Assembly (NCBI GenBank): GCA_002633005.1
Contig: NMRA01000080.1
Location: forward strand, 835,291-899,290
DNA: 64,000 nt
Source of the DNA: Phoronis australis
Taxonomy: Eukaryota > Animalia > Phoronida
Reading direction: 5' to 3'
The notes below the pieces were generated by a model. The model saw only the letters and a program-made list of their open reading frames with translations. It ran no database searches and was not told the DNA's origin. Positions 13,170 through 25,100 of the stretch are shown in pieces. Made by a program: the position numbers and the translations under genes. Position 1 is the stretch's first letter. Each line of letters begins with the position of its first letter.

Positions 13170-16100
13170 GCATATTGGAAAGGCTGAGTTATTTCTCCAA
13201 GATCGGCGTCAAGGCTTTGTGGATCAGTTCCATCTACGAGTCGCCTCTGTTGGATGGGGGCCAAGATGTCAGTGACCACAAAGCAATCAATCCGTTGTTT
13301 GGTACATTGAAGGACTTCAAGAAATTGGTCAAGGAAATGAAGAAAAAGGGTAAGTGATAAAATTGAAAAATGGGCATTTAGCGTGTGAGGTCTCCCTGTT
13401 TCTCTGAAACGATGTTACTCTGGAGTGACGTGGTTACCAACCGCGAACTCCCAGTCACCAGGTGGCGAGAAAGCCTTATCTTTGGGTTGGCTCACCTACA
13501 AATGCCATACAACATGTGATGCAGGAAATCGACATTTCGCAACTCCACTCAAAAATACCTTGGCAAATAGTTAGGGCTGTTCCAGCAAAATCTGTGTGGG
13601 AGGGGGGGAAGGCAACTGAAATAAAAAATTATGGGTGGTTGCGTTTGATTTAAATTCGAAATGGCTGGTGGTCGTACTTCAAAAAAATAAAAATTTACAG
13701 GTCGTTGTTGTTTCATTGGGCCATAAATGTTTGATGGTGGGTAATTTTAGTAAATTTTATAAACAATCCGTACAGAATCAAAAATTGAAACAAAAATGCA
13801 ACTTGCAAAAAGCTCCGACTTTTTCGCTCCCTCCATCTCCTCATCGGCATGCAAATAACACCATTTAACCACAGGTGCTCGAATTTCTCGATGGCTAATA
13901 ACCATATATAAGAAAAATATGTTTTCTTAGTAATGAATGATGTTAGAGGTGATGGATGAACAGATAAACTCAAGCGCCTGTGCAGTCAACCACAAGAACA
14001 AAAAAAAAATTACGGATGGTTGCATTTCATTATAAAAAATTACGGGTGGTAGGCTGAAGAAATAAATGAAAAATATGGGTGGTGGGTGCGAAAAAAGGTG
14101 CCTTCCCCCCCTCCCATACAGATTTTACTGGAACAGCCCTTAACGGTTATCAAGGTAATTGCTTGGAATTCCTTTTGACACCCGTTGTTACAAGATAATG
14201 TCGTGTTGTTTTGTCAAAAATTACTGCATGTGAGATAATCTGGCCGGATGTAAGTACGATAATACTTGATAGTGTTGTCTTAGGAAGTAAATGCTGGGAA
14301 AATGCTATCTTAAAAAATATGAAGTCCAATGTATTGGGCAGCTCAAAAACATCTTAAAACCCCTAAGGCCAGACGTGATGGAACTTGTCTGTATCTTTTA
14401 CTGGGGATTTGTGACTTATTGCTGCGAAAATTGCAAAAATGAGAATTTTTGTCATAGGAACATGTGCTCGCATTCCTGTTTTCATTTCATATCTCTACTA
14501 AGCCTTATTCAGTGAATGGTGGATGTGAGTTAATCAACGTGTAACTGTTATTAGAAACCAATATGTGCATATTATGATATTACAGAGTCTTGTCCTAACT
14601 GACTTGACTGTTGTGGAAACCTGGCGTTTCTGTGTTTCACATGGTTTCTGTGTTTCACGCAGGCAGCTGCTGTTTGCTATGATACCGGTAGTCCATATTG
14701 AAGTGGTAGAGCAGCCTTCAGCTATTATTAGGCAGCCTCAGCTATTATTGGACTGCCAGCAGATGTGCCAGCAATTTAACTGCTGTAATGCCATACTGGG
14801 CATAAATCCACTTCCATGTAAATGAATCTTTTGCTGCTCTGAGTGCCTCACTGACACTGAACGCCAACATTAATAATGTCTAAACATGTCAGTTCACATT
14901 TAATACTTTGTAGCAAAACGCCCAGTGTTCAAAATTTGAGATACAACATAAAAGTTGCCCGTGCCATATTTTCAGAACCAAAATTTCAGTGTCAATTTCG
15001 TTGTCCTTGCTCAGCATTCAAATTTAGCACAAACTAAGGGGCTCCTCGTACGAATTTTGCCTGTCTTGTTGTTTTTGAAACTAAAGGTTACGTGGGACTT
15101 CATCAACTGGTCCCTGTGTAGCCAGATATCTAGATAATTGTAGAAATTAATCTGTAAAAGTATGTACTTTCTGAAAGCAGAAAACATTTGGACTTTCAAA
15201 TTTGGAAAATTTCCTAGGGTCCAACATAACCTCAACACAAAAATGCTTTAACTATTTATTTTGAACCTTTTATCTTGTGGATTTTAAATTTCTTAATGAG
15301 CAATTTCTAAACCTGTAACTTCCCAGAGAATAATCTGCACCGTGAGAGGAGGCAGTGTGGTCTAGTGGAACAATTGTCGCTTCCTTTGTGCAAGGTCGTG
15401 GGTTCAAGTCCCACTGGGGCACACTCCTAGACCTTTGAATCAGGTCTCCAGCTCCTCAGTTTGGTTTTTACTGTATATTAATAAAGCATAAAAATCGTTC
15501 CAGATGATCAGTGGTATGGGCTCACCTGAGCGGCCTGCACACGTCTGGCACAACATGTACCAGACCGCCTACAATTATTTTTTATAAATAATAACAGTGA
15601 AGAGTGTAACAGTTGACAGGCGTCACCAGTTACAACCGTCAAGCCCTGTTTACCTGTAATATTGTAGGTATGAAGCTGTTGCTGGACTTTATCCCTAATC
15701 ACACCAGTAAAACCCACAAGTGGTTCATGCAGAGTAGCAAGAGTTCCAGCGGGCCATATGCCGATTTCTACGTCTGGGCAGACGGAGCCAGCGGTGCCAA
15801 TGGTAGCTCCCCGCCTAACAACTGGGTAAGTGTCCGGCTTCCTGCTCTGTGTTGTGCCTGATGACTGATAAGTCATGTTGCACAGCGTCTCGCCAAAGAA
15901 CGTTGTCAGTCTCCAGGTGGTATGATTCATCAATGTTGACGACTGAATCATCAATTGGTAATGAATTCATAAAGTCAAGTGAATGATAGAGCCTTCCAAT
16001 TAGGACAATAATGGTACTGATAATAATAATAATAATTACCATTGTGAGCATTACTACTACTATTATTACTATTGTTATTACTATTACTTTTACTCAGGGC

Positions 16101-19100
16101 TTGGAATTTTCCGCGGAAACGCGAATTTCCGCTTTTTTCAAATGTTCTTTCTGCGTATTTTATTATATTTCCGCGTAAAAAAAATCGGATTTGATATAAA
16201 ATTTCCGTGGCAAATGTCTTTCTTACCGCCACGTTGCCGACGACTTTCACCTCGAAAAGCGGAAGTTGCTCTTTATGTTTCGGAGGAACGTAAATTGTCA
16301 ACATTGCCGGGGCATCTGGGATAGCATGGTGGATTTCCTCAATGGCGGCATGGCAGCTCGTGTGATTGTAAACCGCGGTGACAAATACTACGACTCTGAA
16401 GCCAAAAAATGTTTGGAGGTGGTAGTGGCAAACGAGCTAAGACAGACGCACGCTTCCGGAGGTGGTACCGTTTTTTTTTTAGTCCTCTCGATTTTGGTCG
16501 GCAAAAGGTCCACACCGACTTTTTCAAGGCTGGCTCCGCATGTTTCGGGCCGCAAAAATTTCCGCGTTTTTCGCCATTAGTCATTCCAAGCCCTGTTTAC
16601 TATAATTACTATTATTACTACTATTATTACTACGATTATTATTAGTAGTATTACTATGAATATTACTGTTACTATTGTTATTATTATTATCATTGTCATA
16701 AGTAGTGCAAGTTTGTTACGATCTGGGAGAGTTCATTTCTGTCCCAACAATATTCCTTGTTACCATTAAAGGTGTCACCTGTGTAGTGACTAAGCATTGA
16801 ATACAACTGAGCTCATGGTTGGGTTTTAAAGTTATGTAACAAAAAGTACATCACATTGTGTGTGAAGGTGTGCAATATGGGAAGTGTACCTGTCATCTCA
16901 AGAATGAGTTACCTAATAGTATTGCAATCCTTTTCAGGTGAGCACCTACAGCAAGCCGGCGTGGACGATGTATGGTCTTCGAAAACAGTATTACCTGCAC
17001 CAGACTCAGGAGAACCTGCCGGAGTTGAACCTGAGGAACCCCAAAGTTCTAGATGAACTCACGGTATGGTAGATAGTTCTCCTTGAGCAAAAATTCAAAT
17101 ACAGTGCAAGTTGTGAGTTATGTTTCCACGTCATAATTTAAAATTTGCAGTTTTTGTTGATAGGAATGTTCTGGATTCACAGCAACACTCGAATCTCGCT
17201 GTATTTACCCACAACGCCATAAACATTCTTCAGGAACATTTGCTGCCTCGTTTTGGAACCATTGGAGTTTCACATGTTATTTGTTGTTGTTTGATACTTT
17301 ACAAAATTTTCTCGGTTGAATTATTCTATTCGTCTTTCCAATGCCAACGAAGTATTACTGCTGTGCTGTGGGCTGGAACTCCGACGTTAGAAAGTTTAAT
17401 AAACTGGACAAATACCCATGATTGCGTGATGTAAAATTGTTCACCTACCAGACATCAACGAGGTAATCGAAAATGTGCCTGATTTCCAAAACGTGGTCAC
17501 ACGCTTTCTTATCTCTGGAACAAAGGAAAGTTATCGTGCCGTGTAATTTGAGACAGTCCTGTTCATATAAGGAACAATAATATTGGCTATCCCAAATTAA
17601 AGAATCGCAGCAGATTAAATTACCCACTCTGTTTATTGAAAGCACATGGTCCAAGATATTGTGAACACCAAAATCATTGTCTCAAGTTACATAATCAAAA
17701 AATTCAACTTTCCTGTAGTTTCTGTGTGCCAAATTCTTGAGACTGTTGAAATTGGAGAGTTTTTACCGTATTCACATTTGGCACCAGAACAGTATTAAAA
17801 AAATACTAGGTCACGAATTTAGTCATTTTTTGTTATTAAGGTTATCTCCAACCTTATTTAGTGGCCTCCATTCTAACTCGTATATCAAAAAAACTAAGCT
17901 GTGTCAACTAGTAAAAGTATATATTTTCAGAAAGAAAAAAGATCATGCAATATACAAATATTTTGTATTAAATACCATTATTATTATTACATTAACACCT
18001 TTTTAAGTCAAAATTTCATTTTTTTTAAGAAAGGTACATTCATAGTACAGTAACCCCTCCATCGATTTCAATGAAACCTTTTCAAAAACGCTGTTAGGAA
18101 TTTTCGATTAGTCCTTTCGTTTGGTTTCTATTAGTCCTTTCGTTTGGTTTCTATGACAAAACAAATCGCAAAACATAAGGAATTTTTGTAAAACATAGAA
18201 GTCGTTTTTGCATTTGTTACATTACGACAGAACTAGGCCTTTTTATCGAAAATTCTAACAGTGCTTTTGAGATCCGCGTATTCCATCCAACCATTTTCGA
18301 GAACTTGTGTTCCTAAGTTCAAATAAAGTCGATTTGCCAAAGCTGAGAAAAAGCCGATTAAACTGGGACGAATGAAAATCTCAAAGTCTTTGATTAATTA
18401 TTTGGTGAAAACTTGTAAATACAACCTATACAGGCCTTAATTACGTTAGCTATTTCAACATTCTCTCTCAATGTCAACTGAATTTGCACTTCATAATTAA
18501 CTTAATTATCATTAAAATGGGGTTGACCAAATGCGACCTACTTAAAAGTATGTCACAGTTCATTGTTATGAACATAGTCTTTACACATCACGTGCAGGGA
18601 GACTGATACGAAACCAACTAAGAAATGGATAACAAAAATTGAGTCAGTGGTTAAAGCGTGTCGTTAGCATGAGAATTTGGGTGAGGATTTATCTCTTTCA
18701 CAACTTGTTGTGTTCATTACCACAGAGGCGTGAGGCGACTCATACCATTCGTTCTCAATGGTTGTATGCATGTATACGCACAATTCCCTCACGACCAAAA
18801 GTAGTCTTTGTTTCCCCTGGCACCGTTCTAGCATAAGTTCACCTCTTTGACTATTATTGCGACTTGGTGAATGAAAGGACGGAGGGTACATACAAAGCTG
18901 CTCTGTACCTGGCTTGAGATTCGATCTGAGTGACCGCCCTGTAACCTTTGATCTCGGATAAGTAGTAAACAAACATCCACGCGGTTGTCCGGTTCCAAGA
19001 TGGTTCTGCTAAATCTTTTTTCTATCTACACTGTATATATTTTGTGTTTGAAGTTTCGGAGAATGAAGGTAAGGTATTTTGCTAGGCACGTGAAATATTG

Positions 19101-22100
19101 TAAAAATGACCAATTTTTATGCGCCCACATATTAATAGGTGGACGCATTATGCCGTTATCTCCGTCCGTCCGTCTGGTGTCCGGCGTCCGCTTCTCTATC
19201 TCTAAACCACTTTGGCATATGTTCATGAAATTTGGCACATATGTTCCATTCATGAATGGGACGCCATGAGCGACCTTTCGGACGGATCCGACTACCGGTA
19301 TGCCCCTAGTGGCAATTTTATTTTTTTACGCTTACCTTTGTATCTTCAAGTCCTGAACGGATTTTCATGAAATTTGGTATGTAGGCACTTATTAGTGAGA
19401 TGACGCTATCCTCCTGTTTTCGGATGGATTCGACGTAGTTTGCGCCACCTAGTGGCCATTTTTACTGTTTTCGAGTCTGTTTTTTTGCGTCCACCCCTCT
19501 ATCAAGCAAACCGCTCAAAGGATGATTGTGAAAATTGGCATGTTTGTGCTTACTATAAAGAGGATGGTTGACGATGATTTTCCGACGATTTCGAGTACTG
19601 TGGCGCCTCCTAGTAGCTGTTTTTTTTTGCACCTATGGCTATATCTCCTAAATCGTTCGCAGGATCTTTACGAAATTTAGTAAGTATATTTATATGATGT
19701 TAATAAGGGACGACGACGACTTTTGGACAGATTCGACTACCAGTATGCCCCCTAGTGGCAATTTTATTTTTTTACGTTTACCTTTGTATCTTCAAAAGTC
19801 CTTAACGGATTTTTATGAAATGTAATATGTAGGCACCTATTAGTGAGGTGACGCTATCCTCTCGTTTTCGGATGGATTCGACGTAGTTTGTGCCACCTAG
19901 TGGCCATTTTTACTGTTTTCGATGTTGACTACGTATGACGACAACTTTCGGACAGATCTGACTACTGCTGTGCCCCCTAGTGGCAATTTAGGTTTTTTAC
20001 GTTTAACTCGGTGTGTTCAAAGGTCTTCAACAGATTTTCATAAAATTTTAAATATAGGCATCTTGTGGGTTATATTGTGAATGAATAAAACCCGATGTGG
20101 TTCGAAGAGTAAAGCACTTCTGTTCGGTATGATGTATTTAAAAGCTACTGGTGAGATAGTGTAAGGATATAACATATAACATGCAAGTGAACCTATTCGA
20201 CCAATCAGAATGTGCACCAAATATAAAACTAACCAATGGGGAAGATTAGCTTGGGCTGGGATGATTTGTAAATATATGTCAAGAGGTAGCAATTAATAAC
20301 TTGAAACTGAACATGTACAGTAAACACCCAAGCTAAACATATGTCAAGAGGCAACAATTAATAACTTTAAACTAAACATACAGTAAACACCTAAGCTAAT
20401 TAACCCCTGAAAACCTGTCATAAACACATGCCAATACATCTGTTAGTGTGATGACGCTATCTCCCTCTTTTTAGATGGAATCGAGGTATTTTGCACCACC
20501 TAGTGGCCATTTTTGCTGTTTTCAAATTTCGTTTTTGGTGCCCACCCCTGTATCAACCAAATCATTTGAAAATTGGCATATATGTTCTCAGTGTGAAGAC
20601 GACCTTTGATGATGATGACTGACTACTGTTGCGCCTCCTAGTGGTAGTTTTGTTTTGAGCTCGTAGTTGTATCTCCTAAACCCACTGCAGGATCTTTACC
20701 AAATTTAGTAAGTGTATTTATATGAAGATAACAACAGATGATGACTTTCAGGCGGATCCAACGGACACTGTGCCCACTGGTGGCAATTTCATTTCATTTT
20801 ATTTTGTTTTCCTTTGTTTCTCTGAAGTTTCTTGACAGATTTTTATGAAATATGGCATTTTCCTGTTTTTGGATGGTTTGTATGTTTTTGCGCCATCTAG
20901 GCCATTTGTATGATACATTTGCACATCATTTGCAATGCATTCGTGGGCGCATTTCAACGTTCCGCGTTGCTCTTGTTGTGAATAAGGGTTGAGATATCCT
21001 TAAAACACTTGTGAATGTTACTTTTTGCAGGAGATTCTTCAACACTGGTTAGATCTGGGAGTGGACGGTTTTGTGGTGCAGAACGCCCAGTATTTGTTTG
21101 AAGACAAGGATCTACGCAACGAGCCTGCCGGTGATGGTACAGCGGTAAGTACACTTAGAGGGCACTGGTCAGTTGATTTTATGTTCTTTGCAGCCGTCAT
21201 ACTGTTAAATTTCCACTGTTGTGCGATGGTACATTCAAACAATTCATGCAGATATGTTCAGTGTCTCAAAATGCCAGTTAATGAAGGTAATAGTGTTTCA
21301 TCTCTGTCAAATCTGCCTGTCTTGCATGCCAGAATTGGAAATTGGGTAGAGTCAGAACTGACTTTTTGCACTCACAACACCAAGTAGTTTATATAATATT
21401 TCCTAGTGTGGGAAGAACTTGACAGAATTGTGCAGGTGTTAAACAATTCACCGCAGTCACATAAGAACAATGTTAAGTGCACCACTGGCAACTAAGAGTC
21501 AGAACTGACTTTTTGCACTCACAACACCAAGAAGTTTATAGAATAATTCCTAGTGTGGGAAGAACTTGACAGAACTGTGCAGGTGTTAAACAATTCACCG
21601 CAGTCACATAAGAACAATGTTAAGTGCAGCACTGGCAACTAAGTACATAGACATTTCCTCATATCTGTTTTGAGCACGCCCATCCTTGTACACTTCTGTT
21701 GTACTAATTCCTATTTTACATTTGTCACTCTGGTACCAATAATGTTTTAGTTTCGCATGAACAGTTACAAAGCTGACAATTGAGGTTTTGAAAAACTCAG
21801 TGCTCTGTGAGGCGAGATCAATTGCCGCTCACTCGTCTGACTCAGGGTGCCACCATGACATTCTGTTTCTTTGAAAATTACACCTTACGTTTTTCTGTCT
21901 CTTCAATTGGGGGGAGGCCGAGTTTGCGAATCTGAGTTGATGTGGAGAGTTTGGTAAGTTGAACTTGTTTTAGATCAAGTTGGTCTGTTCAGTAACTGTC
22001 GTGGCACTGATTCTCTTCATGGATTTGCAGGGAGACTACGACTCTCTCCAGCACACCTTAACAGTCGACCAGCCTGAGAACTTTCCTCTGGTCTACCAGT

Positions 22101-25100
22101 GGCAGGAGCTGTTGGACAACATGACTGCTAAAACTGAGAGACAAAGGTAGTGGCAAATTCCGCAAATTATCCGTTGCTATGACATTCCTTCTGTTTTTCA
22201 TCTTAGTGTGACCCTTAATCTTAATATTTTAAGTGTATTCTTTGCTTCCATTTAAGGAAACTTGAAGCAAAGCCAGATAGTTTTATCAATTAATGCTTCT
22301 TTTTCCCAATTTCATTTATTATTCTTTGCATACGGTCCATAAACTAAGAGTTGGAATTGATAAAAGAAATTGAGAAGCTGCAACACAGGCCAGAAATATA
22401 GATTACTCGCANCACAAACAAGAAGTTAACACAGAGTATGGTGTCTCAATCCTCATTGGATAGAAAACTGGGAATACCCTAGATATATTTAAACTTAAAC
22501 CAATAAATTGCTGCCTTCTATCCCTCCTGAAGGCGTGATCCGCCTGTGAGATACATTCTTAGAGAATGCCTCCAGACGGCATCAGGCCCTGAGTGAAAAT
22601 AAACAGTCACGCCATAAGGCGGGACCAGGGAGGAATGAGTTAAGGAAACTTGAAGCAAAGCCAGATAGTTTTATCAATTAATGCTTCTTTTTCCCAATTT
22701 CATTTATTATTCTTTGCATACGGTCCATAAACTAAGAGTTGGAATTGATAAAAGAAATTGAGAAGCTGCAACACAGGCCAGAAATATAGATTACTCGCAA
22801 AACCGACACCACTAGCCTCTTTCCATTTGGTTTTGTCTTTTTGTTTATAGTGAAGTGATTCATCAGGCATGTTTAAAAATGCTCGACTTAAAGTCGCATA
22901 CTGCCTCAGAAGTGTACAGTCATGATTAATTTACAGTTAGGGTCAATATTGTGAGAGTGTGTACCTGACTGTTTTACAGATCCCTGTTGGTGGATGCTGG
23001 TGGGTCCTTGATGACTATCAAGTACCTGACTGGCAATGACACGAAAGGAGCGAATCTGGCTCTCAACAAAAACCTGTTTGGTTTGACCAATGGCACTGGC
23101 TGTCACAAGATTCGGGCTTTGGTGAATGAGGAGATAGACCGTGTCGCGCCTCATGATAAGTGGTCAACCTGGATGGTAGGTGGCGCTTGGTGTACGAGAT
23201 TGCTGGGTCTTGTTTACGAATGCACTGCTGTTTTGTTTTTCAATGAGATATTTATTTCTCAAAGCATGAATGCAGTTGTAAATAGCATATGAAGAGCTGC
23301 TGCATATGCATCTCTACTTGTACGTACTGTGCTTGGGTATCACGTTTTCTTAGATGCAAAATCCGTTGAACGCACAGCACTATAATAGTGTATAGTTGAT
23401 GACCTTCATTTCTTTCCTTGAATACTTCCAAAACAACGATTGAGATCCCGGGGGGCAATGGTACAACATTTGACCATGAGACATAAATAAGTGAAATCAC
23501 ACATGGTATTTGAAACAATCGTCTTTAATTCTCAAGTAAACGAAAAATAATGCCATAATACTACCACTAAGCAGTAGGTTCCAGTGATCCCAGTGGCTCA
23601 TACTATGGTAACAGGATAGTCGCACGAACAAGCGTATTGTGTGGCGAGACCCTGTTTGTCGCTTGTTCAAAACTGGGTTTTCAAATGCGATTAAAAGGGA
23701 CTTAAAGATTTTTAGTAGCTTGATGTGCTGAAGAGATGACGACAGGTTTCCCATCCATGTTTTTCTAGCGAAAATGCTCACGGATGGCACCATTCGGTAG
23801 ATGCACAGCGATGGGCGTGTTTTAATGCTCTTTGTTGCTCGTGTTTTCTCAACCTGAGTGAAAATGTGAATTAAATGTTGACTATGACTTGAGTCCATTG
23901 AAAAGTGATTGAAGCTTTCTGTTCATGGGTGATGTCATAGAATTCTAATCCTCTCTCTAGCTAAGTGACTCGAATTCGCCTCGCCCTGCCTCCCGCCTCG
24001 GCCGCGAGAAAGTCAACATAGCTAACATGCTGCAGCTCCTCCTACCAGGCACTGCCGTCGTCTACTACGGTAACGAGATCGGCATGGTTGATGGAAACTT
24101 GAACAAGGTGAGACGGCTTGGTTGATTTATATTTTCTTTATGTGGTAATTTTAGATAGCTTCTAGACATTGACTGACACCTAGTACGTGTTGGTTTGTAT
24201 TTGGCTCTAAATGTCCCTTATGGACAGTAATGTTTTGTCAAAGGCAGACTGCCGTGGTACAACTGATCTTAATTGTACCTGGTGTAGTGCTATGACTGCT
24301 ATACAGCATTAATGTTGGACAGGTTGAAGTACAATTTTCTGGATTTTTTGTTAAGAAATTTCAGGAGCTGGAAACAGCAGGGCGCCCACATTCTTGTACG
24401 TACCTGGGGTTCCTGATAAAACACCCTTGGTGCTTTTTCGTAAACTATTCCTTCAAGCTGCTTTTCTGGGAATGTGCACCTTTTCAGAAACTCGATTTTG
24501 ATGTCCTGTTGGCCTAATGATACCTTCAAAATGGTGGTATAGACCATGTTGATGGGTATCCACTTGTTGATATGGCAATTTCATACCTTCTTAAATTTGC
24601 AAAATTCATTTTCGTCCCTCTTTTTGTAGCAAGAATAACTTGTGGAAAATGAATATTTTTTCTCGAAAACTCATGGAAAATAAATTCTTTATGTTAGCGT
24701 GTACCGTCTATTAGAAGCACTGGCTTTTGTTATTGGTGTCCTTACAAAGTTCATATAATTTGTCCTACAGATCGAGAATAACTACCGTACGCCTATGCAG
24801 TGGGATGGCTCCCCCTTCGCGGGATTCTCCAATGCTACCCCCTGGCTGCCTGTACCCGCCGACTACAAGCTCAACAGTGTGAAGGTATAGCGTTGAAACT
24901 CTTGATGTGTATTAATTGGCCCTTTGTGTGGCCCGGTGTTTAAATAAAAGCCTTTTTGTGCAACCGTGGGGCAATTGACCTATCGCCAGGATTTTGAGTG
25001 ACGACTGAACTGACCAATCAAAACCCAGCACTTTTGAGACACCTTCGTTTCCAAGCCACCATCTTACCCGACAAACGACACGTTGCTGGGTAATACTTAC

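Noticed and set aside
16142-16645. Overlapping ORFs repeated at 25670-26231
   Set aside because: They lie in MITE copies, frames are not conserved between copies, and there are no transposase motifs.
19114-20977. CRISPR-like regularly spaced repeats
   Set aside because: Eukaryotic context, the inter-motif sequences are themselves homologous, and there are no cas genes; it is a tandem array within a TE.
22253-22800. ~160 bp direct repeat around N at 22412
   Set aside because: The first copy ends at the N and is near-identical to the second, so this is most likely an unmerged contig overlap.
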